A stretch of 64,000 nucleotides of DNA from Eledone cirrhosa. Lineage: Eukaryota. Shown here piece after piece: positions 27,001 to 36,880 of this stretch. The number at the start of each line of letters is the position of its first letter. Position 1 is the first letter of the stretch. The stretch is from positions 296,608,001 through 296,672,000 of the forward strand of contig OZ024740.1 of assembly GCA_964016885.1 (NCBI GenBank), given 5' to 3'. The notes under the pieces are model-generated. The model worked only from the letters and a program-made list of their open reading frames with translations. It was not told the origin of the DNA and made no database searches. Position numbers and translations under genes: made by a program.

Positions 27001-30000
27001 CGTTTTTTATTTGGGTACCCCGTTTTTTACTTGGGTGCCCCGTTTTTTTACGGGGGGTCCGTTTTTTATGGGGGGTCCGTTTTTTATTTGGGTGCCCCGC
27101 TCTTTATTTGGGTGCCCCGTTTTTTATTTGGGTGCCCCGTTCATTTATTTGGGTGCCCCGTTTTTTATTTGGGTGTCCCATTTTTTTATGGGGGTCCGTT
27201 TTTCATTTGAGTGCCCCGTTTTTTTATTGGGGGGCGACCGTTTTTTTGGGTACCACGTTTCTTATTTGGGTGCCCTGTTTTTTTATGGGGGGTCCGTTTT
27301 TTATTTGGGTGCGCCGTTTTTTTATGGTGGGTCCTTTTTTTATTTGGGTGCCCCATTTTCTTATGGGGGTCCGTTTTTTATCTGGGTGCCCCGTTTTTTA
27401 ATGGGTGGGTCCGTATTTTTTATTTGGGGGTCCGTTTTTTATTTGGGTGCCCCGTTTTTTATGTGGGGTCCGTTTTTTATTTGGGTGACCCGTTTTTTAT
27501 TTGGGTGCCCCGTTTTTTTATGCGGGGGGGGGGGCGTTTTTTATTTGGGTGCCACGTTTTTTTATGGGGGGGTCCGTTTTTTATTTGGGTGCCCCATTTT
27601 TATTTGGGTGCCCCGTTTTTTTTATAGGGGTGTCCGTTTTTTATTTTGGTGCCCCCTTTTTTTATGGGGGCGTCCGTTTTTTATTTGGGTACCCCGTTTT
27701 TTACTTGGGTGCCCCGTTTTTTTACGGGGGGTCCGTTTTTTATGGGGGGTCCGTTTTTTATTTGGGTGCCCCGCTTTTTTATGGCGGTCTGTCTTTTATT
27801 TGGGTACCCCGTTCTTTATTTGGGTGCCCCGTTTTTTTTTATGGGGGGTTTCATTTTTTATTTGGGTGCCCCGTTTTTTACTTGGGTGCTCCGTTTCTTT
27901 ATTTGGGTGCCCCGTTTTTTTATGGGTGTGTCCGTTTTTCATTTGGGTGCCCCGTTTCTTATTTGGGTGTCCCGTTTCTTTATGGGTGGGTCCGTTTTTT
28001 ATTTGGGTGCCCCGTTTTTTTATGGTGGGTTTTTTTTTTAATTGGGTGCCCTGATTTTTATGGGAGGGGGTCCGTTTTTTATTTGGGTGCCCCGTTTTTT
28101 ATTTGGGCGCCCCGTTTTTTTATGGGGGGCCGTCTTTTATTTGAGTGCCCGTTTTTTTTATGGTGTCCGTTTTTTATTTGGGTGCCCCGTTGATTTATGG
28201 GGGGTCCGTTTTTTATTTGGGTGCCCCTTTTTTATTTGGGTGCCCCGTTTTTTTTATAGGGGGGTCCGTTTTTTATTTGGATATCCGGTTATTTTATGGG
28301 GGCGTCCGTTTATTATTTGGGTACCCCGTTTTTTATTTGGGTGCCCCGTTTTTTTATGGGGGTCCGTTTTTTTATGGGGGCTCCGTTTTTTATTTGTGTG
28401 CCTCGTTTTTTTATGTGGGTCCGTATTTCATTTCGGTGCCCCGTTTTTTATTTGGGTGCCCCGTTTCTTTATGGGGGGTCCGTTTTTTATTTGGGTACCC
28501 CGTTTCTTTATGGGGGGTCCGTTTTTTATTTGGGTGTCCCGTTTTTTATGAGGGGTCCGTTTTTTATTTGGGTGTCCCTTTTTTTACGGGGAGGTCCGTT
28601 TTTTATTTGGGTGCCCCGTTTTTTTATGGGTGGCTCCGTTTTTTATTTGGGTGCCCCATTTTTTATTTGGGTGTCCCGTTTATTTATGGGCGGGGTCCGT
28701 TTTTTTATTTGGGTGCCCCTTTTTTTATGGGGGGTCCGTTTTTTATTTGGGTGCCCCGTTTCTTTATGGGCGGGTCCGTTTTTTATTTGGGTGACCCGTT
28801 TTTTTATGGGGGTCCTTATTTTATTTGGGTGACTCGTTTTTTATTTGGGTGCCCCGTTTTTTGATTGGGTGCCCGGTCTTTTTATGGGGGGCCCGTTTTT
28901 TATTTGGGTGCCCCGTTTTTATATGGGGGGCGTCCGTTTTTTATTTGGGTAACCCGTTTTTTATTTGGATGCCCCTATTTTTTATGGGGTGTCCGTTTTT
29001 TTATGGGTGTTCCGTTTTTTATTTGTGTGCCCCGTTTTTTATTTCGGTGCCCCGTTTCTTTATGGGTGGCTCCGTTTTTTATTTGTGTGCCCCGTTTTTT
29101 TATGGTGGGCCCTTTTTTATTTGGGTGCCCCGATGTTTATGGGGGTGTCCGTTTTTCATTTGGGTGCCTCGTTTTTTATTTGGGCGCCCCGTTTTTTTAT
29201 GGGGGGGCGTCTTTTATTTGGGTGCCCGTTTTTTTATGGGGGGTCCGTTTTCTATTTGTGTGCCCCATTTTTTAATGGGGGGTCCGTTTTTTATTTGGGT
29301 GCCCCGTTTTTTATGGGGGGGGGGCCGTTTTTTATTTGGGTGCCCCGTTTTTTATGGGGGATCCGTTTTTTATTTGGGTGCCTCGTTTTTTATTTGGGTG
29401 TCCCGTTTTTTTATGGGGGTCCGTTTTTTATTTGAGTGCCCCGTTTTTTATTTGGGCGCCCCGTTTTTTATTTGGGTGCCCCGTTTATTTATTTGGGTGC
29501 CCCGTTTTTTATTTGGGTGTCCCATTTTTTTATGGGGGCCTGTTTTTCATTTGGGTGTCCCTTTTTTTATGGGGGGGCCGTTTTTCATTTGGGTGCCCCG
29601 TTTTTTGGGGGTGTGTCCCTTATTGTTATGGGGGGTCCGCTTTTTATTTGGGTGCCCCGTTTTTTTACGGGGGGGTCCGTTTTTCATTTTGGTGCCCCAT
29701 TTTTTTATGGGTGGGTCCGTTTTTATTTGGGTGTCACATTTTTTATTTGGGTGTCCCGTTTTTTTATGGGCGGGGTCCGTTTTTTATTTGGGTGCCCCGT
29801 TTGTTATTTGTGTGCCCCGTTTTTTATTTGGGTGCCACGTTTTTTTATGGGGGGGTCCGTTTTTTATTTTGGTGCCCCGTTTCTTATTTGGGTGCCCCGT
29901 TCTTTTATGGGGGGTCCGTTTTTTATTAGGGTGCCCCGTTTTTTTGGGGTGCCCCGTTTTTTTATGGGCGGTTCCGTTTTTTATTTGGGTGCCCCGTTTT

Positions 30001-30862
30001 TTATTTGGGTGACCCGTTTTTTTATGGGTGGTCCTTATTTTATTTGGGTGACTCGTTTTTTATTTGGGTGGCGCGTTATTTTATGGGGGCTCCGTTTTTT
30101 ATTTGGGTGCCCCGTTTTTTATGGGGGGTCCGTTTTTTAATGGGGTGTCCGTTTTTTATTTGTGTGCCCCGTTTTTTATTTGGGTGTCCCGTTTCTTTAT
30201 GGGTGGGTCCGTTTTTTATTTGGGTGCCCCGTTATTTTATGGTGGGTCCTTTTTTTATTTGGGTGCCCCGTTTTTTTATGGGGGGTCTGTTTTTTGTTTG
30301 GGTGGCCCGTTTTTTAATGGGCGGGTCCGTTTTTTATTTGGGTGCCCCGTTTTTTTATGGGGGGTCCGTTTTTTATTTGGGTGCCCCGTGTTTTTATGGG
30401 GGCCGTTTTTTATTTGGGTGACCCGTTTTTTATTTGGGTTCCCCGTTTTTTTATGGGGGGGCCGTTTTTTAATTGGGTGCCCCGTTTTTTTATGGGGGGT
30501 CCGTTTTTTATTTGGGTGCCCCGTTTTTTATTTGGGTGCCCCGTTTTTTTATGTGGGGGTCCGTTTTTTATTTGGGTGCCCCGTTTTTTTATGGGGGGGC
30601 GTCCGTTTTTTATTTGGGTACCCCGTTTTTTATTTCGGTGCCCCGTTTCTTTATGGGTGGCTCCGTTTTTTATTTGGGTGCCCCGTTTTTTTATGGTGGG
30701 TCCTTTTTTTATTTGGGTGCCCCGATTTTTATGGGGGGGTCCGTTTTTTATTTGGGTGCCCCGTTTTTTATTTGGGCCCCCCGTTTTTTCATGGGGGGGG
30801 GCGTATTTTATTTGGGTGCCCGTTTTTTTAGGGGGGGGGTCCGTTTTTTTTGGGGTGCCCCG
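1..30862. repeat. Satellite DNA array of roughly 1500-1600 monomers of 18-21 bp, two monomer types, open at the left edge
   Basis: Continuous tandem monomers sharing the linker CCG-T(6-7)-AT, followed by either TTGGGTG(C/T)C (A type) or G5-9T / GGGTGGGT (B type). Ends abruptly after ggggtgccccg at about 30862. Monomer count estimated from length. Confidence 0.98.
5339..17790. repeat. Homogeneous higher-order repeat, period 1861-1863 bp, about 6.7 copies
   Basis: The diagnostic variant TACGGCTCTC recurs at 5971, 7832, 9694, 11556, 13419, 15281 and 17142. An identical 95-aa spurious ORF recurs at 5339, 7200, 9061, 10923, 12785, 14648 and 16510. Confidence 0.95.
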
Positions 30863-31990
30863 GTTTGGTGTGATTATCGGTCATTCAGCTATGTTGTTGG
30901 TGGTTGGATTCAAATCTATTCGCCCGAACGTTGAACTTTGGTGTCGATAGGACATTAACGAGGCAGGGTGAGATCGCATCTGTGGTACAATACGGTACGC
31001 AAGGAAATTCTACCGGAGTACTGTGATCCTTGTGATTTCCAGATATACAACCACTGACACTGTTACGAAGACCAGAAAACCATACTCCATATATTGAACC
31101 AAGTGATTGATTTGTGCGACCAAAATAACACCAAACACATATTGAACTAGGAATATTGGATCCTCCGTCAATGTCCGGGTGAGCAAAAATAGATTTCTAT
31201 CTGCATTGGAATTTACGAACTTGTGCATCTGCTGTGGTGTCAAAAACAAACGCACATGACCGCACAAATAAACAATGGACCATGCCACGTGGCTTGAACC
31301 CGTAAGTGAATTGAAGGTTCTGCAACTCTGATACACAGATTATTTATTATTAAGATGTATAAACTTGACATAACTATTATCATCTTATATTCTCTCAACT
31401 AATCACACTTGATCATATTTCTCTATCCCGTTTTCTTCCCCCATAATTATTATATTTTTATTATTATTTGAAAAAATCGTTTTTTTTACATTGTGTTTTC
31501 CCCTCCAAATATTCGCTTATATTTCTTTATATATTCTCTATATATTTTTTTATCTTTATTTTTTTATCTTTATTATTTCCACTCTTATCCTCCTTTATAT
31601 TTTACCTTATTCTTACTTTTATACCTTATTATAGTGTAATCTTCCCCATGCCTTATTATACACTATTAATTATAGATTATTATTATTACTCTTTTTCCAT
31701 TTCTAATTACCTCATGTACTTTCTCCTCCGCTATATATATATATATATATTGTACGCCCTTTGTGTTTGTGTAGCCTCTGCGCACCCTCTCACCATACTA
31801 TCGACGCCACCCTATCTATGGTTCAGCTAACCACCCGACTCCCGGGAATGAATATGACCGCAGCTAGTAAACAAGGACCCACCCCAAAATTAGACTTATC
31901 GTCCCCTACTTTTGCTCTTTACTCTCTTTACTCTTTGTTCTTGAATGTTTGGTTGGTAGAGTCCATAACACCAATCAAACCCCTTTTATA

Positions 31991-32035
31991 GCTCTGACGA
32001 ATCCTACGGTTACATAAGGAAGAAACAATGTAAGC
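31991..32035 (+). ncRNA. Minimal type I hammerhead ribozyme motif with intact core, Penelope pLTR-like context
   Basis: GCT-CTGACGA-a-TCCT...AGGA-a-GAAAC-aat-GTA-AGC: CUGANGA and GAAA boxes, GUA cleavage triplet, stem I GCU/AGC extendable by TTTTAT/ATAAAA. Confidence 0.7.
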
Positions 32036-32076
32036 CAATAAAAATCTTTTGATGTTGTAGACGCTCTTGTGCTCTT

Positions 32077-32245
<169 letters not shown>

Positions 32246-32249
32246 TCTA

Positions 32250-32466
32250 ATGCTTTATATCTGGAGATCTCTCCGCACTTGTCGTCACATGGTACCATGG
32301 GCCCAGCACTATGTGTCAATAATTGTCACATGTGTAGTGTTTGTACCAGAGTTTTCAAGTCGCTGGCTGGACTAAAAAGTCACATTCGTTCAGCGCATCG
32401 GTAGGAGTTCTCCTACATGGATATAAAGTAGTGGCCGTACTCGAAAACGAGTTGGCCAGCCACCAT
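32250..32466 (+). mobile_element. 3' end fragment of an RTE (BovB-like) LINE with terminal C2H2 zinc finger
   Basis: Translates as [23 protein letters not shown]-stop, followed by a 3'UTR stem-loop gtggccgtactcgaaaacgagttggccagccac. Confidence 0.7.
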
Positions 32467-32696
32467 ATCTAATATATATTTGTGAAATGGGTGGTGGTTG
32501 AAATTCAGTTGTGCACGGTTAAATGGTAGTAGACGTGGTCGGACAGACATGAAAATTTACACACCAATGTAAAAACTGCCAAGGAAGCAAATATATGAGG
32601 TTTCAAATCTCTAACTTGAAAAATGTGGTCCCTAGGGCCCCCAAACGGTCTATTTACTATCGCTTCCGGTGAGTTATTTCCCCCTGTTCTAATACT

Positions 32697-33791
32697 CTCA
32701 GCTTCATCGATTTCTCCAAAGCATTCGATAGCATTCATCGATCGTCACTCTGGAGCATCATGCATGAGTATGGTCTGCCCCAGAAAGTCATTTCGGCAAT
32801 CAAACAGATTTACGCAAACTCCAAGTGCTGCATACGGACAGAGGATGGTTACAGTGACTAGTTTGAGGTGGTTACTGGTGTACGTCAAGGTTGCTCGCTC
32901 TCTCCAATTCTCTTTGCCATAGCCATTGACTGGGTACTAAGAAGAGCGTCTAAAGACCAGGGTATATCTTGGGTGGGAGAGCAAAAGTTGTCTGACCTGG
33001 ACTTTGCAGACGATATTGTTGCACTTGCAGAGAGCACAGCTGACCTGCAAATCATCATGAACAATATCAATGTCGAAGCAGGAAGCTTAGGTCTCAATAT
33101 CAGTGCTAAGAAGACCAAAAGCATGTTATCTGGGACACACTCATCACCAATTAGTGTTTTCATTGAACAGGGGAAGGTGGAGATAGTGGACAACTTCACC
33201 TACCTAGGAAGCTCCATTGACAATGGGGGCGCCATGGAAGTGAATTGCAACGTAGAATGGGAAAGTCTTCAGCAGCATTTAACCAGCTTGTCAAGATCTG
33301 AAAGAGCAGGAAGTTCACCATCAAAACAAAGATGAGATTCTACAACAGCAACGTGCTGTCCACACTCTTGTACGGAAGTGAAACATGACACCTTAAGACC
33401 AGCCAAGAGAAGAAGTTGGACGCATTCGATTCCAGGTGTCTGCGAAAGATCCTGGGGATTAAATGGAGTGACCATGTAACAAACCAGGAAGTCAGGAACC
33501 GCACCAACCAGCAGCTAGTCTCTTCTGCCATCTGCAAGCGACGCCTGGGCTGGTTTGGGCACGCTTTGAGACTTCCCCCGGAGAGACTGGCGAACCAAGT
33601 ACTTAAATGGAACCCACAGGGAAGCAGACGGAGAGGGCGACCCAAAATGCACTGGCGCCAGACAGTTGAGAGGGACCTGCGAGCGACAAACAGACAATGG
33701 CGGGACGCTGTGCAACTGGCTGCTGACCGAACGCGGTGGAACACTATGATTGCCTCATGCGTCGCAAGACGCGGGAGCTTCTGAGCCTGAG
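32697..33791 (+). mobile_element. 5'-truncated RTE-clade LINE (RT and C-terminal region), pseudogenised
   Basis: Motifs FIDFSKAFDS, GVRQGCSLSP, DLDFADD, FTYLGS, RRLGWFGH, RRRGRP, with stops and frameshifts. Tail ctgagcctgag. Target-site duplication TAATACT at 32690-32696 and 33792-33798. Confidence 0.92.
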
Positions 33792-34085
33792 TAATACTTG
33801 GATGAGTTATTTTCCGTAGTCGCTTTCAATATTCATTGTCTTATTTACAATTTCATACAAATTTTTAAACTCATCAACGTTCTTTCGCTGTTAACATACA
33901 GTACCGTTTTATGAAATCGATTCTGCAGTACAATTTTACGAAATGCCAAACCGAAAACGGTCACTGTTTTCCATCAAAAGAAATAGAACCCTTAAATAGC
34001 GAAGAAGGGACACGTGTTTTTATTTTAATTCTAATACATAGTATTTTTCAAAGTCAAATGAAAAGTTTAAAGAATACATGCATGT

Positions 34086-34315
34086 TAACTTAATGAATGG
34101 GATCTATACGCCTTTGGGTTGCCGAGTTAATTCATTCAGTTTTTTTTTTAATATTCATTGTAAACTTAATGAATTGGATTTATAAGCCGTTAGATTGCCG
34201 AGTTAATTAATTCAGTTTTTTTTTTAATATTCATTGTAAACTTAAGGAATGGGATCTATAAGCCCTTTGGTTGCCGAGTTAATTAATTCAGTTTTTTTTT
34301 AAATATTCATTGTCT
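34086..34315. repeat. 76-bp tandem repeat, 3 copies, inside the Helitron
   Basis: Units containing gttgccgagttaatt(a/c)attcagttttt start at 34096, 34172 and 34248. Confidence 0.9.
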
Positions 34316-34952
34316 TATTTAAAATAACATATCAAAGACAACGTTATTTCGCTGTTAATAAACTGGTGCCTTCTACAGTACGTTTCATTTTCATTTTTCA
34401 ATTATAGTTGCTCTATATTAAATTTAAATACTTCTATAACGATCATACAGTACCGTTTTATGAAATCGCTTCTGAAGTAGAATTTTACGAAATGCCAAAC
34501 CGAAAAAGGTCAGTTTTCTAACAAAAGAAATAAAACCCTTACATTGCGAACCCCTTGTTCTAATACTGGGGTTAGTTATTTCCCCCTCTTCTAATAAACG
34601 TCTAATATATAGGGGCCCCTCTTGCTGACCAGGGTAATCAAAGTGTAAACTATCATACAAACCTTCATAATATGCATTTTCAAACTTGCATATCATCGAC
34701 ATTGCTATTTCACTGTTAATAAACAACGCTTTTCACGTCGCTCGACTTCTCATTGTACGCCGTCCAGCGCCAAGTGCATATTCCTTTTTTTTCCCTGAAA
34801 CTGCTTCTTTATAATAAACTTTCAATAATATTTTTCAAATTATTAACTTAATAAAAAGTGGCCCCGGGTGCAACCGGGCTCAGCTGCTAGTATATATAAT
34901 TGAAAAAGTGGAGAATAACATGGTCAACAGTACAAAAAAGGGGATTTTTTTT

Positions 34953-35064
34953 ACAGTCTAACAATTGTTTCAGTGATAAAGTTGTCTAAAAATTGCTGAA
35001 CACTAGAAGCAGTGCCACTCAATTTTAAATGCGATGTTAGCTCGATCAGATCTTCGGAAACTGT
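34953..35064 (-). ncRNA. Degenerate minimal hammerhead motif in the Penelope pLTR
   Basis: Minus strand ACAGTTT-CCGAAGA-(long stem II region)-GAAAC-AATT-GTT-AGACTGT. 7-bp stem I and palindromic AATT loop III, but the core U is replaced by C and stem II closure is weak. Confidence 0.45.
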
Positions 35065-35480
35065 TATAAAAAATATATATAACCGGCAAATTTACAAATT
35101 CAAATTACATCATCAATAATAATATTAATAATAAAGATAGAGAGAGAAAAGAAGGAAGAAAGGGAGATAGATGCAGTAAAGAAAGAAAGGAAAGGAAAAA
35201 GAAAAAGAAGAAGGATAAAGAAAATGAGAAAGAAGAAGAAAAAGGAGAGATAATTACAGAGAGAAATATAAAGAGAAGAGCATATATGTAAAATGATGGT
35301 AGACAGAGGAGAGACAAGCATAAGGATAAATAACGTAGGATAGAAAGAAAAATAGAGGGAAAAATAATAACAACAATAAATGAATAAACGTTAATACATG
35401 AATAAATCTAAATAAAAATAAAAATAAATATATAAAAAATAGATAAAAAATAGATAAATAAATAAATAAATAAATAAATT

Positions 35481-35716
35481 ACATCTATCTATCTATCTAG
35501 GACGGGTAAAATTCCCGAGATCTATGGATGAGTTCTCTCCCGCGGTCTCTGCTCCTCATTATCGCTGCCATGTCCTGCATCTCTAACAGACCAGTGTCTG
35601 TCCTTAGGGCATCAACATACGTTAACCTTGGTCTTCCTCTTCCAGTGTGTCCATGTAGGGGCTCCCACAGGAGCACTGTGTGCAATATCAACTGTGGATG
35701 TCGGTGAGCACATCTA
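35481..35716 (-). mobile_element. RTE-type LINE 3' fragment with (TAGA)n tail, nested in the Penelope remnant
   Basis: VLLWEPLHGHTGRGRPRLTYVDALRTDTG...stop, then tagataga. Possible TSD ACATCTA at 35481 and 35710. Confidence 0.75.
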
Positions 35717-36841
35717 ATGTGATATTAAATGGTATAAAATGTGAAAAATGAAAATAAATACGTTAAAGAAGTAAAAATGTGCGAAGAATATTTAAACATA
35801 TTAAAATTATTGAGAGTGGTTTTTGAGAATTGTTAAAATATATGGAGAGATATGAAGGTAAAAATATGATAATGTTAAATATATTTATGTGTGTATTGGT
35901 TATTTTAATAAATAAATAAATTAATTAGTTTTAAGTTATATTATATGATAAAATAAAATGTCAGAGATGAAATAAATTTAGGGAGAGAAATATAAAGATA
36001 GAGAGTAAAAGATAGAGATATATAAAATAAGAATATAAATATAAGAGGTCTTGGTGTTGTTCTTTGATAGATGATGACAATTATAATTATAATCATAATC
36101 ATAATGATGATGCTGCTGATAATGTGATATTATAAAAGATCTAAGTGGTACAATCCGGATTATGGAATAGATAAGATGGAATTAAGCTGGTCTAAAGTTC
36201 TCAAATTTGGTCGCCGATTTATGTCGACAGAAAATAGTTCTTTCAATTTTACTGTTAAGAAGCATTTGTTGTAATTTAAAATTTGGAAAAGTTCCATATT
36301 ACAGAGACCGCAGTGGGACATACCAATTTGATAGGCCTTTGCTTTTGATAGCTTCGTCCAGCTGATTTTATATTCCAAGTTTGCATCCTTCAGTTGCCAG
36401 ATTTTATTGGCGAGAGTCGTTGTATTTAAGAGATTCCTGTTAATCATAGAGTGTCTATGTACGTACCACCTTTTCTTAAACTCCCCAGCTGTGGAACCAA
36501 TGTAATGCCATGCTAAACTACCTGAATTTATAGTACATAGGTATACTATATTTGTCTCTAGGCATCTATTTTGTAAAGGGCATTTATCAGGTAGATGGCA
36601 GTTACATTTAGATGCTTTTCTATGTGCCGGTTCTTCGATATGGTTTTGTAGGTTGCTATGTATGGGCTGAGAATTGGGTTTGTTGATGTATTGTGGTGAT
36701 GTGTTCTGGCGTGTGTTTGGTTGTGATGATGTTATGTGCTTATGTTTTGTATTTGGTATTATGGTACTTATTTGCGGGCCACTTGTATTATAAATTCTTT
36801 TATAATTAATTTATAATACAAGTGGCTCGCAAATAAGTACC

Positions 36842-36880
<39 letters not shown>

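Larger units (their letters stand above)
32468..34890 (+). mobile_element. Non-autonomous Helitron, interrupted by an RTE LINE
   Basis: 5' A|TCTAATATATA. 3' GC-rich hairpin cccgggtgcaaccggg about 8 nt before CTAG|T. No TSD. Internal repeats present (76-bp x3; 33895-34000 resembles 34445-34550). Confidence 0.7.
34895..36843 (-). mobile_element. 5'-truncated Penelope-like element: GIY-YIG endonuclease domain, AT-rich 3' region and pLTR
   Basis: 36610-36160 (-) reads CNCHLPDKCPLQNRCLETNIVYLCTI...HYIGSTAGEFKKRWYVHRHS...TLANKIWQLK...CGLCNME, the Cys-rich GIY-YIG pattern of PLEs. Hammerhead-like motif at the 3' end. The 3' boundary is approximate. Confidence 0.85.

Noticed and set aside
1-30862. 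CRISPR-like repeat-spacer array
   Set aside because: The variable parts are 7-10 nt variants of two motifs, not unique spacers; no cas genes; eukaryotic context.
1-30862. Telomeric repeat tract
   Set aside because: No TTAGGG arrays, and the G/T-rich strand points towards the unique sequence, opposite to a telomere at the left end.
1-30862. Strong G-quadruplex array
   Set aside because: G-runs are separated by about 12-17 nt and adjacent C-runs compete for pairing; possible locally but not compelling.
1-30950. Dozens of long F/G/P/V/W-rich ORFs in all three plus frames (up to 836 aa)
   Set aside because: The plus strand has very few A residues, so stop codons are rare. ORFs overlap in all frames, mirror the monomer and shift with homopolymer length.
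31010-31336. 108-aa minus-strand ORF next to the satellite
   Set aside because: No recognisable motif or splice support in any frame.
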